NCBI GenBank assembly: GCA_973895155.1
Contig: OZ316892.1
Coordinates: 3,289,223-3,353,222, forward strand
Direction: 5' to 3'
Length of the DNA: 64,000 nt
Source: Marsupella aquatica
Taxonomy: Eukaryota; Plantae; Marchantiophyta
A model generated the notes under the pieces. The model was not told the origin of the DNA. It saw only the letters and a program-made list of their open reading frames with translations, and ran no database searches. Below are positions 1 to 12,827 of the stretch, in pieces (position 1 is the stretch's first letter; the number at the start of each line of letters is the position of its first letter). The position numbers and the translations under genes were made by a program.

Positions 1-441
1 ATGGCCCCAGAAATAATCTTGGCCGATAGTGATGGGAAACCAGCTGACTGGTGGAGTGTAGGGATTCTCCTTTACGGGATGCTCACTGGGGAAACTCCTT
101 TCTGTCAGCCGAGTCCAAATCGATTGTTGTTGCAGAGGAGTATTCTCAAATCAAAATTACAACTGCCTACATACTTGACGTCAGAGGCCATCTCACTGTT
201 GAAAGGGCTTTGACAGAAGGATCCAAACAAACGATTGGGTAGTGGCCCACAAGGAGCTGATGAAATAAGGCTCCACACGTGGTTCAAGGAAATCAACTGG
301 CGAAAGGCTGCGGCCCGGGGATTGCAGCCCAAGTTTCGACCCAGTGTGAAAGGAATTTACTGCATTGCAAACTTTGACGATTTGTCTACTGAGATACCGC
401 TAGAAGTTTCTCTTGGATCGACTACAATAGTTGAAATATAA
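1..441 (+). pseudogene. 3' part of an S6K-like AGC kinase pseudogene (5' end outside window)
   Basis: MAPE..DWWSVG..RLGSG..W..INW..L.P.FRP is colinear with 13440-13880. There is an in-frame TGA at 211-213 (the paralog has CTG) and an early stop at 439-441, before the hydrophobic motif. Confidence 0.85.
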
Positions 442-1348
442 CGTACAGTCACATACACCAGAGCCTTAGTATAGGCTTAGGTGAAGGTGCTGTCTTTTCT
501 ACGTATATACTAGCTATCTGGCAGTCATGGAGGTGTTACAGCATATGACTTTGCTCTAGACGAGACAGTACTTCTCACAGAGTATCTCTGTCGTCTTGGA
601 GGGGCAAGACCTTGAAACTGGTCGATATGTTAGTTTGGTATGTAGATTCATAAAAACTTTGATGTCAAGAATTCAAATGGAGAAATCCTATTTAGGGATC
701 CAATGAGTTCTTGATTAATCCTAAACAACATTGGACTTTCGAAGGAGAGTATGGAGAGTATTGATCACATTGTATATGGCTGTGTGAATATTCACCTGAC
801 GTCCATGAATATCTGAATGCTAGGGACTCGATCAACTCTTATATAATATTATGCTAGGGTACCCGGGATAGGGACCTCGATAGGGATCACAAATGAAATA
901 AATTAAAGTTGCACCATGTCTTCACTGCAGTACGGCTAGTTCTCGAAAAACCTCTCATGCCATCAATATCCTAGAAAATACCAGAAAACGACAAGTTCAG
1001 TTCTTTCAGTCATAATGCCCAGGCATCATAAATAATGCTCAAAATTGATTTTCCAACTCGTCCTGGACCATGCCATTTTTGCTTAGATATATTTGATTGG
1101 CAGGTAAGTAAATGAAATTTAAAGCTTGAATTTAGTTGGAAAATTAGTAAAATAACCCAGGGTCACTCTACAAATGTTGACATCATGTGCAAACTAAGTA
1201 AGGGATGTTTTATTCATGTTAGTGAAGTACTTAGAATTAGTGAGGAAGTAAGTAAGGGGGTAACAATTTAAAATGTGTCACTTGTCATCACATGATTCAT
1301 TGCTTGTCACATGTCAATAAATGATTCATCAGTTTTTGAGCTTCATAT

Positions 1349-2681
1349 TGTTGGGGATAATCCCTATCCCGAGACACCATGCACATGTGAACACCATACA
1401 AAGTAATCGACATAACGAGTACATGGTTCACCTCATGACCGAGGCTACGTCCACGGCAAAGCAAGAGACCTTTACTTCTCTCTTGCCCAACTCCAACAAT
1501 GAATTGAAGATCCACCAGGGACTGGCACCAGCCCTGGCTATATACACAACAGCACTATCGCTAACCTTAGCTAAGTCCTAACCTGAGTTAGCCTAACTGT
1601 GGTTTGCTCAAGACCCTGGGCCCTTAGTGTTACTAATACAGGGAGGACGTGCGAACAATGCAAGGGTATTTTAATGTAATGCAAACTAATTTTTATAATA
1701 GTTTTTAAAGTAGGCAACATCCCTCTATATACATTCGCCACAATATTAGTAATAAGACTCTTATCAAATACATGTCACATAAATCTTATGCAAGGGTACC
1801 CAAAATGCCAAGTACACGCGTCACTATATGGTTGGCACACATGTCATCACTTCATTTGCACATGTGTCCATATAGTAAATCAAACATTTAATTATTTATC
1901 GTCTTAAGGCAAGTTTGGTTTCGTTGGTCCCCTTATGGTGGAACAAATGGGTTTGGGTAGACATGTTTACCCGCATGTTTAGGAGTTAACTGGGGAGTTG
2001 AGTAAATGTTGGGCCAGAATCTTTGGGCCCAACTTGGTTGGAAAACTAGGATTGATGGGGATCCATGGATCAATCCCACATGGAAGGACAAGATTACTTT
2101 TGAATTCCCTTGAATCAAACAACCAGGTATGAGGCCAGATGTGTTTTGTGTGTTGAGGGAGGGGTCTTAGGCGCTCAACAATGTTTGTTATAGTTGGTTC
2201 AGACCTTGGAGTATTATTCCTGGATTATACATATATAGTACTTATGAAACTAGAAGTTAAGAGGCACTTTTGCGAACACTAAGACAAGAGTGCATGGCTG
2301 TGTGTAAACTATAGGAAGAACTATAATTTTCTCTCGTACTAATCTTGTTTATCTATATATAAAATATGTACCTTGAAGATCGAGCATAACATACAAGTCC
2401 CCTATGAAAGATAAAGTTTTATCTATTTCAATATGATATTTGTAATTCTAAAAATTCAAGGGTGTTTTCAATTCCTTGAAAAACTCTATTATAATTTACA
2501 AAAGGATAAAATTTAATAGGAAAAGTTAATATTTTTACATTAACAATGAGATTTTTTTTGTGAACAAAAATATTAAGAAGGGGTACACGGGGGGTGTTTG
2601 TTCTCAAGGGGGTTCACTTAATATAGTAAGAGTGAGGGCCCAGGGGCTCAAGAGTCATAAGACTAAAAACAATACCTAACA
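1349..2681 (-). repeat. 3' LTR of the copia element (about 293 bp plus a 1032-bp insertion)
   Basis: 1349-1613 plus 2654-2681 align to 9108-9404 with roughly 14 substitutions and one small indel, counted by eye. Confidence 0.95.
1614..2645. mobile_element. Non-autonomous TIR element (hAT-like) inserted in the 3' LTR
   Basis: TIR CCCTGGGCCCT...AGGGCCCAGGG. Perfect 8-bp TSD GCTCAAGA at 1606-1613 and 2646-2653. The empty site is visible in the 5' LTR. Confidence 0.93.
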
Positions 2682-2692
2682 AACTCCCCCTT
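2682..2692 (-). other. Polypurine tract of the copia element
   Basis: AACTCCCCCTT on + reads AAGGGGGAGTT on minus, immediately inside the 3' LTR. Confidence 0.85.
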
Positions 2693-2876
2693 GACTCTTG
2701 TCTTGGGGACTGGACTAATTGCTACCATTGATAAGTTCTAGACAATCACTTAAACAGGTCTCTTCCTAAAAACCACAAGGGTTAACTAAAGGTTAACTAG
2801 AACTAAGCTGTAGCCAAACTGGAATGAGTAATCCATATACAAACAGTTACAACCTTGCTAAGTAACTATACTTGCG

Positions 2877-5800
2877 CTACAATTGCAAAACCTGCAAAGT
2901 AGCACGGTGTCTTGAGAAACTCTCCAAAGGAATCACTTTGGTAAAGGCATCAGCGGGATTGAGCTTTCCATCAATCTTGACTAGCTCAAAAGTTTTATCA
3001 GACACTGCTTGTCTGATAAAATGGTACCTGATATCAATGTGCTTCACCCTGCTATCCATAACCTGGTTAGCAGCCAAGTGAAGAGCACTCTGACTATCAC
3101 AGTTTAGAGATATTTTGCCATGCTCTAAACCCATCTCTGTGATCAACCTGTCCAACCAAATTGTTTCCTTTGTCGCTTCTGCTGTTGCAACATACTCTGC
3201 TTCTGTTGTAACTGAGATGTACACTTTTGCAAGATAGATTTCCAACTAATACATCCTCCTCCAAGAGTAAATACATACCCAGTTGTTGATCTCCTTGTGT
3301 CCAGATAGCCTCATAGTCACAATCTACATAGCCAACTAACGTTCTATTTGATCTGTCATCAAATAGTAGTCCATAGTCTTGTGTTCCATTCAGATACCTG
3401 AGAATCCATTTCACAGCTTCCCAATGTACCTTCCCTGGATTTGACATGAATCTGCTAACCTTGCCCATCGCTAGGGCCAAGTCAGGCCTAGTACAAGTCA
3501 TCAAATACATCAGACTGTCTACTGCCTTCTCATAAGGAATCTTAGCCATCAGACCTTTCTCCACAACATCCGTAGGAGAGAAAGCTGATTATAACTTGAA
3601 ATGTGACGCTAAAAGAATACTCACTAACTTACAATCCTCCATGTTGAATCGTGCAAGTACCTTCCTCGCATACTTGCCTTGACTCAAGCACAACTGTCCA
3701 GTATCAGAGTTCCTAAAAATCTCAATCCCTAAGATCCTCTTGGCCTTACCAAGATCTTTCATCCTGAATTCAGAACTCAATTTTGCCTTGAGACTGTCAA
3801 CCTCGGATTGATCTTTAGCCACAATTAGCATGTCATCCATATAGAGAACCATAATGATGAAACCAAACACATCATTCTTGATTGATTTTGTATACACACA
3901 AGGATCATACATCATCCTTGTAAAACCTTGAGCAAACATGAAAGCATCAAACCGCTTGTTCCATTGTTTGGGAGACTGCTTCAATCCATACAAGGACTTG
4001 AGCAATGTGCAAACTAAGTTCTCCTTGCCCTTCTTCATAAAGCCTACTAGATATCTCATGAAGATCATCTCTTCCAAGTTACCATACTAGAGAAAAGCAG
4101 TAACAACATCCATCTGATCCATCATCAAACCAAAAAACACAACAAGCTGACATAAGATCTGAATAATGAAATACTTAGCCACCGGTGAAAAGACCTCATT
4201 GTAATCCACTCCTTTATCCTGAGTGAATTCTTTGGCAACAAGCCTTGCCTTGAAGATCTTGTTTCCACCCTCTGAAGGACTGTCCTTTAACTTGTAAATC
4301 CACTTGTTGTCCATCACTAGCTTGCTGACCTCTTGGAAGCTCTACGAGCTCCCAAGACTTGTTGTCACTCAAAGATTGCAACTCTTCCTACATTGCTGCA
4401 TTCCACTCATGCTTCTGCTCTAAAGCACAAGCCTCACTGTACAAAGAAGACTCTCATTCTTCCAAGATCAAAGCCATGTCATCATCATCAGGTGCAATGT
4501 CAATATCATCTAGCTTAGATGAGTCTGCCCATTGACCATACCTGGTATGAGCTCTAGTAGAACGACTGGAAGTTCTTCTTGTAGATGAATTAGATTGATC
4601 TGCTGCAACTGTTGGCTGAATTTGAGGTACCTTAACAACTATCTGCTCCTCTTGTTCCATCACAGGAACCAGCTCTAGGCCCGTAGCTTCTCCATCTCTC
4701 CTGTCATGAACATCATCGTGACTAATCTCCCCCTTAACCCGGTCCGAGATGAGAGATTTCCCCTTGTCAGTATCAATGGAGTCTTGAGAACTCTCCCCCT
4801 CTTTTGATGATCTGGATTCATTAAATGACACATCTCTACTGACAATTAGCTTACAGGTTACTGGATCCCATAACCTAGATAACCCTTCACACTGTTCTAA
4901 TAGCCAAGGAAAATGCACTTTTTCGACTTGGACTCCAGCTTGGATCGAAGCTAGGAAGGTGTAAGCACATAAGCATCACATCCACAAATCCTTAGATATG
5001 AGTAATCTGCTGGACGCCCGTACCTCATTTCAAATGGTGTCTTGAATCCAATAGAACTGGATGGAGAAAAAATTACCAAATAAGCTGCAATGTTGACAGC
5101 TTCAGCTCAAAACTCATGTGGTAGCATGATTGACTCAACATACTCTTCGAGCGTTCCAATAGTGTTTGGTTGAGTCTCTTAGAAACACCATTTTGCTAAG
5201 AAGTATAACCTGTTGTGAGATGATGTGTTATCCCCTGCTCCTTATAGTACGTTTCAAATTCCTTGGAACTGTATTCACCACCGTTATCCGATCGAAGATA
5301 TCTTACCTTATTACCAGTCTGATTCTCAACTTGGGCTTTCCACTCTTTAAAAGTGACAAAAATATCAGACTTATTGTGTAAAAAGTATATCTACACATAC
5401 CTTGAGTAATCGTCTATAAACGTGACATAGTATAACCGTCCAGAGTTTGAGGGAGTAGGGGCTGGTCCTCACACATCACTATGTACATACTCAAGTACCT
5501 CCTTGCTGGTGTGAGTTCCAATTTTGAAGGGTTTCCTGTGCTGCTTCCCAAGCACACAATGCTCACAAAATTCTAATTTACAAGATTGCAAATTAGAAAG
5601 TAATCTCTTTTTCTAAAGAATAGCCAAACCATTTTCACTCATGTGGCCCAAACGGAAGTGCCACAGCCGGGTCGTCTCCTCATGAGATAAGGTTACATTG
5701 GCTTCATCACAGACTATATTGCCCTCCAAAATGTATAGATTTTTATGTCTCTTTCCCTTCAATACAACTTTAGTACTAATTGAAACCTAAAAGATACCAT

Positions 5801-7274
5801 TAGCAGAACTCCATCGATGGCCATTTGTTTCTAAACCTCCAAGTAAAATGAGATTTTTCATCATGCTGGGAATATGTCTCACATTCCTCAACGTTCTCAC
5901 AACACCATCAAACATCTGAAATCTAACAGATCCAAGTCCAACTACTTGACATGGGATTCCATTTCCCATCAACACTGAACCGTTGGAAATCGTGTAAGAA
6001 CTAAAAAAATCTCTCCTAGAGCAAATGTGAAAAGTACATGCACTATATAGTATCCAATCATTGCTACCTAGATTTGACATTACGTTGAGAGCAAAACCTT
6101 GGCATCATAAAATGTCATCATCATCGAGTAAATCTACCTCATGTGCGCTTAATACCGCGTTAGCTGATGTGGTAGGGTCCTTTACCCAACAATCCCTTTT
6201 CATGTGGCCAAGCTTGCCACATCTCCAACATGCAAGAGGCTTCCTCTCTTGCGATTTTTCTCTGGATTTAGATCTCCCCCGTGATGTAGATCTAAACCTG
6301 TCCTGACCATTTGTGCAATGCGCTGGTCTTCCACGGTTCACGTTCAGCGCAGTGCCATAAAAAGATGCTCTCTGTGCTTGACCCAGCTTCTTCTGAGCAT
6401 CATCAGACAGTAATGAGCTCACCATCTCATCATACGAAATGGATTTTAGATCTCTATACAAGAGCACCTGTTTCAAGCCATGATAAGATGGTGATAAGGA
6501 GCTTAGCAGAAGCAAGGCCTTCTTTCATCTTCAACTTCCTTACCTAGGTTTGACAGATCCACCGCTAGATTGTCAAACTCATCCAGGTGATCCTGCAGCT
6601 TGCTCCCTTTCTTGAGCCTGAGGCTCATCAAGAGAGATTTCTTGTACAACCGGTCTGATGCATCTTCCCGGTAGTACTTCTGTCTGAGGGCCTTGAAGAG
6701 TGATGTGCAATCTGCATAATCATCCAGCTTCTTGATGATATGCAGCTTGAGGTAAAGCATCACCGCATTGATAGCAATCACCTGCTTGTGTCTCCATTGC
6801 TTCATAGAAATGTCCTCACCATCATATTGCTCTCGTGTAGAGAGCTGATGATCTAGGCCCATGGCACGCTCGTGGGCCTCAATATAAAGAGTGTCTCATA
6901 TCACGCGCAAAGTTTTGGGGGAATAAACACCCTAAAACTTAAGTCAATAAAGTTTTTTCTTGGAATTTTTTCACTCCTAACTTAATGGAATATTCCAAGA
7001 ATATTCTCAATTTCGATTTTAAAAACCCTATGATTCTTATAATTCTCAAATTTGGATTAAAATAACCCTAATGTTCTTCAACAAAAATTAAAAAGTATTT
7101 TGCTAAACCCAATAAAAAAACCCTATCCTTATTCGCACGTGATGGGTCAAAAAAGAAGAAGTGAGGACCTGGGATGGCACGAAGAACACCCTTTACTTGC
7201 TTCTCCCATAACAAGTAATCAGTATGGTCATCATACTTCTCCACCTCAAACTTCACTCCTCCAAATCTCGCCAT
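2877..7274 (-). pseudogene. Copia gag-pol, fragmented by stops, frameshifts and an insertion
   Basis: Gag start MARFGGVKFEVEKYD (7274); zinc knuckle CWRCGKLGHMKRDC; protease WILYSACTFHI with the catalytic Asp lost; integrase remnants about 4900-5750; RT motifs KARLVAK, SLYGLKQSP, LYMDDML; RNase H TTEAEY..CDSQSA..KHIDIRYHF. Confidence 0.93.
6869..7173. mobile_element. 305-bp MITE-like insertion splitting gag
   Basis: 8-bp TSD ATGGCACG at 6861-6868 and 7174-7181. Removing the insert rejoins VKGVLRA|MGLDHQ. Degenerate GGGCCTCA/TGAGGACC ends. A related copy lies at 16234-16551. Confidence 0.88.
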
Positions 7275-8636
7275 CTCTCTCTTCTTCCGAACTACCGACA
7301 ACTCTGGTAGTAGAACAGCTTCCTCCACTGCACGCTGCACCGGTGATCGTACTGACCATGATACTTGTTCCTCCTCAAACGGTACCAACTCCTCCTCAGA
7401 CTCCCCGTCTGACCGTCGTGAACCTAAAGCTCCACCGACATCGATTCTTCCAGTTTACTCCGAGTCACTCATATGAAAAAATCACAAAAAAATGTCTTTT
7501 TTTTACTTCTCATAAAACTCAGAACGCAACACCGCCACGTAGCCCACGTAGCTAGAAGTCCAAAACTTAAAACAAAAATTGAAAACAAACTTTGACAAAA
7601 AAGTTATCAGATTTCGGTCGGGGTGGGTAAAATCATGGAAAACTCCCCCGTTTTGACCACCTCCGAGGATCTCCAAAATGTGAATGGGCAATCAATGTTG
7701 GAACCGCAAATGGAGTGTTGCACCATGTAGCTAACTCGAATAGCTACCACCTCCCCTAGAACAAATGGAAAAAGTTACCGTTTCCCGATATCAATTTTGG
7801 TCGTACGGCCAAAATCACACTCTCTGTTTTTTCAAAATATTCCTCGTACAGTACAACAGGGCTCACAGTGGGCCATTCCCCCTGTCCAAGCGGTTAAAAC
7901 AGAGGGTCACAAGGCCCGGGATGTGGCACAACCAATGAGGAGGAGAGGAAAAAAATTCAGAAAAAAACACTTTAAAGGGGTCTTAAGCCCCTGGAAAAAG
8001 CGCATGAATTTGCGGCCACGCGCGTGTATTCGCGGTCAGAATTGCGTATAAATGGCAAAAAACCTGAAAAAATTAAATGGGGTTAAAGGGGTCAAAACGC
8101 GCATATTTGCGCGTATTTGAGCCGTGTAAGGGCATTTTTGGCCGTATTTGCACCAAAAAATGCACGTTTTCACACTTATAGGGGTGTGGGAGGCCGGGGT
8201 GCACGCCAAGGCGTATGGCAAAGTAGGTTTGTCGGGATTTGAAGGTATACGGGCTGTATGGGGGCCAAAAAATGCCCTAAACTAACCTTTAAATTTGCCA
8301 AAAAATGACACAAAGACCGTGTTACAAACCTAAGCCGCCTCCGCTTTGGTTTCCAATGAGAAAAATGATGACCACCAACATGAAAATGTTGCCGAATTGC
8401 ACCGGCACGTCTGCAGCTCCACCAGAGAAGAAAAAACCTCCGCCGTGTCTTACTCTCTCTGCGTCAAGAGCCAATCCCGGACTCAAAATGATCGCCTCAC
8501 CACGATCTCTCCGTTGAGCGTCAGCACTTCGCGTTTCTTCCTTTGAGTCAAGCGTCATGACGAGTAATCCGGTTCAGGGAAAAACAAGCACCATAGCTTG
8601 TCAAAAAACCAGAGCTCAACTTTCACTCGTCACGAC

Positions 8637-8839
8637 CCCTGGGCCCTCAGTCTTCACTAATACATGGAGGACTTGCGAACACTCGAAGGGTAATTTTTAT
8701 TCATTTTGAACTAATAATTATAATTATTACCGGTAATAAAGGAACTTTTAATAGTAAAATAGAAATAACAAGGGGTAAAGAGGAAAAGGGCCTGATCACA
8801 GGGGGGTCCACTTCTTCTACACAGAGTGAGGGCCCAGGG
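8637..8839. mobile_element. 203-bp MITE of the same family as 1614-2645
   Basis: TIR CCCTGGGCCCTCA...TGAGGGCCCAGGG. 8-bp TSD GTCACGAC at 8629-8636 and 8840-8847. Subterminal sequence resembles that of 1614-2645. Confidence 0.92.
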
Positions 8840-9093
8840 GTCACGACGCACTCGTTCCACAAATGCCAGCAAAAAACCATCGAACACGAAAACTCCACAA
8901 AAAAACAATTTCCGCGATTACTTCTCACTCAAAAATCCGATTGATGATTTCTAACCGCCATTAGAAAGCCCTCACAATGATCTATTCGATGAGTCCCCCT
9001 CAAACAAGTTTCATGCGACTAAACCCCCCGGGATCTTCAGACCGTCGATTACACAAGAAAACTCTTGTCACCACGATGTCATCTCCCAGACAT

Positions 9094-9105
9094 GCTCTGA
9101 TACCA
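9094..9105 (-). other. Primer-binding site (tRNA-iMet)
   Basis: Reads TGGTATCAGAGC on the minus strand, 2 nt from the 5' LTR. Confidence 0.93.
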
Positions 9106-9107
9106 CT

Positions 9108-9404
9108 TGTTTGGGAAAATCCCTATCCCGAGACACCATGCACATGTGAACACCATACAAAGTAGTCGACACATGCAGCGAGTACGTGGTTCACCTCATG
9201 ACCGAGTCTACGTCCACGGGAAAGCAAGAGACCTTTACTTCTCTCTTGCCCAACTCCAACAATGAATTGAAGATCCACCAGGGATTGGCACCAGCCCTGG
9301 CTATATACACAACAACACTATCGCTAACCTTAGCTAAGTCCTAACCTGAGTTAGCCTAACTGTGGTTAGCTCAAGAGTCACAAGACTAAGAGCAATACCT
9401 AACA
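9108..9404 (-). repeat. 5' LTR of the copia element
   Basis: TGTTTGGG...CCTAACA; direct repeat of 1349-2681 minus the insertion. Confidence 0.95.
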
Positions 9405-10127
9405 CATATTCCTTTTAGAGAGAGTGGTTAAATAGGTGCCTTTATAGAGGGTATACAACAATTTCATAAGGTGAACCCCCCCCCCCCCCCCCCCCAGAAA
9501 TGAAGACAATCCCATCTTAATTATTATCAGAGTCTTGTTAATTACTATATTATCCAAAACATATTCCAAAGCATAAAGCAATCAATGACAAATTATCCCT
9601 TAGGGCATCCGAGTAAGGTTGCCTAACTATCATTTGCCATAGCATCACATAAAGCAGAAATTGCTTCTCATACAAAACTCATGGATTGGGTAAGCTGTGG
9701 CTTGGCTGAGGAGACTGAGTTGGAAAGTGTGAGAGCTGGGCAAAGAAAATTCGATTTGTTATAAGATCGATAGAATTCATCAATTGTAACGGTAGGCCAA
9801 ATACTTAGAATTTGTCACGGTATGCCAGATACAGAGTAGGTAAAAGCAACTTGGGAGGGCCTAATTTGACAGCAAAGACTAGAATGATTTGTCCCTACCC
9901 AGATGGAACTCTTTGTAACGGTAGTGTGGTATGATGGAGTGGCCCTATCTAGATCGAAACTAACAACGTACTATCGGCATTCTCAGTCCTCCGCGCTGAT
10001 TTCAAGCCTTGTTATACTAAAAGTGGGACGTAGCCTTCCTGTGAGTTCAAGTTTTCTTACACACAACTAGGAAGGAGATCTCCTCGTTGAGTTCTGTCAC
10101 ATTCTTGCAAGAAAAAGGCTCTAGAAA

Positions 10128-11169
10128 ATGTGGTCAAAACTGGTATCTGATGAAGAGATGCTGAGTTCCATTCTTGGTGCATCTTGTGGCATGTTACCAG
10201 CTTGGGACGAATCACTAGAAACTGATGGGAGTGTTCAGGTTCCCAAGGATCCCGTGCACCATTTCGAATCTGCAGGGCCAGATAGAGATAGATACCATTT
10301 CGAAAAATCAGAGATGGTGGATGTAGTTACTCAAGTTGTAAGTTTTTCAATGGACCATTTCGGAACAAAATTGAGCGATTGTTTCAGCCAAGGTCCTAAC
10401 AATCCAGCACAGTACTTACCACTCAGAGATGGTGAAAGTTCTCTTCAATTCAGCAATGGCTGGACCTGATCAAGAAGAAGCTTCAGGACATGCTGTGCAG
10501 CCAGGTCCAACTTTGATGACATGATGGAACCTCACGTACACTTCACTGAAAAAATGGTATTGGAAGCCATGCTATTAGCTTCCAAAATGGTGGGAAAAGT
10601 CTTCTATGAGAAATGGAGAACGCAGGATCGCCAATTCTTCCACAATTACTACGGAGTCTTCATGCAACTCGATCTGAAGACATTTGAGTATGATAATTTT
10701 GAAGTCACAATGGAAACGTTCGAAAAAGAGGCTGCCAAATGGGTTTATAGATACATGGCGGGCCAGAGGCACCGAAGAGTTGCAGCCCATCCTCAGCACG
10801 TTAAGGATATCTCTAATAACTGGCGTCTCCAGAATACTGACCGCTTTTACCCCTCTGAAAAAGAATTGGAAGACCTAGCACGAGATAACGAATTGGAGAA
10901 GCGCCAGGTCTCGAACCTTTTTGAAAATGAAAGGAAGAGGAATTAATTTGAAGAATATAACTGAGCTGGAAGGAAAACTGAAATCACACTTTCTGCCACG
11001 CATCGCTAGACCTCTCAGATATTGGCAAGTTCAAAATCTCCCAAGGACACAGCCAAACAAAGATGAACGAAATGATTTGATGGAGGAAACTGGATTGAAC
11101 AAGAAACAGATTGTAGACTGGTTTAATAACCACAGAGTTGGAAGAAATCGTAACAAGAAATGGAGCTAG
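10128..11169 (+). pseudogene. Intronless TALE-class (BELL/KNOX-like) gene with two homeodomains, frameshifted
   Basis: HD1 NNWRLQNTDRFYPSEKELEDLARDNELEKRQVSNLFENERKRN. HD2 RYWQVQNLPRTQPNKDERNDLMEETGLNKKQIVDWFNNHRV. A BELL/POX-like LIKKKLQDML lies in a shifted frame near 10455-10495. Stops or frameshifts occur near 10445-10520 and 10944. Confidence 0.7.
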
Positions 11170-12827
11170 CTTTGAGCTTTGAAGAAGTAGTGAGACATTT
11201 TACGTACTTCTGGCCGCACAATGCTTTCTACAGTTCGATTTAGCTAGGATGACTCGTTAAGGTCAGCTAACGACGATAGTACTGGCTGGTATTCCTCGAG
11301 GGGAAGTTCACTATTAAGGATCTGCTTTATCAATGACCTGCGCGCCGCAGATGTACTGGACTTCTCCCCTGTTACGAAGGTCTTTGGCTTACTGTAACAG
11401 GTGAGCTGAGTTGTCTATTGAATACTTTCAGAACTAAGAACCTACTAGATTGGCGCAAGTGCCAGCTAGCGAGAGTGTGGCGATGGCTAATTAGTGATGT
11501 AAACTGGGCATGAGGAGGCGTCGTCAACTTACGTCAATCACTGGGTGCGTTCAGGATTCTGAGAAAAGCATCAAAAAAACTTCCAGTCTGGAGAAACACA
11601 CGCGGCTGCTTAAGGGGGGCCACTTGCTTGCAAGCATACTTTGCGTCATTTCCTTCAACGAGACCATCTATATTTTCCACAGGAGCGGACGACAGTGCAC
11701 CCTCCCATCGAACTATCCCTAATTGAGTGGGTAAAGCTGTTGAGATTCATAATGCAGTGTCGGCGGAGCAAAGCCCAAACCCCGGCCAAACGGGCTGCCT
11801 ATGTGTAAAACACAAGTCAAAACATGACTCTTCTTTTAATATTTGACAGTATTTTCAACTTTGGAAAGATTATTCCTTCAGTGTTTCTAAACTGCGGCGT
11901 GTTGTTTCCCCTCTTCTCGGTGCCAAATTCGGGTAAACCCAGATGTTTTCTACCTAGTTATCTGACCTGCTAGATCGGCAGCGTCCACTATTCCTTGCTG
12001 GTTCTAATTGATAGAGCCGAGCAACCGCGCTCAAACTGATACAACTTTAAAGATTGTCCATTGCGCAGTGTATGTCAAATTCAGCGAACCCGACCTATGT
12101 GGACCTTCTGAATTATTGAACAGTTAATTCGAGATGTAGTTATTGGGATGGCAACAAGCTTGGGGAATTGTCTATCTTGAACAAGGGATTTAAACAGATA
12201 TATGTCTGATTGATGCGTGAGACATATCAGAAATACTAACCGAAGGACTATAACAAACATCATGCTCAGACTAGGTCCAAGGACTTTAATTTCGATGCAA
12301 GCTAAGTAGACCTGATTCCTGGAACCAACCAGATAATGAACTGAGTAGTGACCACAAGGACAAACTGAGGCCAAACTGGTGCACCTCCTAACGTAGGATT
12401 GGTTGACAAAATACGCGAAAAAATGAGATATCCGGAACTGACGAGAGACAATGATAAGATATACGTGCCAAAGACCCGCCTACCTTTTGAATGACAGCTT
12501 CTCTAGCTCATGGTCGTTAAGAGGATCCTCACTCAGGTTTCCCAAGGCATCATTCGTCTCTCTTCCGTCTACCACTTCTTTGCGTACTGTTCAGCCACCT
12601 ATCTTCTCTGCTCTCCGTGTTTTCTTCCCTTTCAACGTGTGACATGACTGCATTCTCAGTCCCTCTCAGCTACAATTAACACCATAATATATAGAATGGC
12701 GAGAACCGGATATGCGTGTCTCTGTGCTCTCTAGGTCCCGGCATGTTGATCAGTGCGGGCTCGGATCGGATACGTGCTGTACATGTCTAGAATTGGGCTG
12801 GCGATGAAATAACACTGAAGTTTCGAG

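Larger units (their letters stand above)
1349..9404 (-). mobile_element. Full-length, decayed Ty1/copia LTR retrotransposon
   Basis: TG..CA LTRs at 1349-2681 (interrupted) and 9108-9404. 5-bp TSD CATAT at 1344-1348 and 9405-9409. iMet PBS and PPT present. Gag-PR-IN-RT-RH order on the minus strand. Confidence 0.96.

Noticed and set aside
1297-1581. Short ORFs at the copia 3' end
   Set aside because: They lie within the LTR and have no protein motifs.
7465-8330. Possible further insertion in the copia 5' leader
   Set aside because: The composition looks different, but I could not identify TIRs or a TSD.
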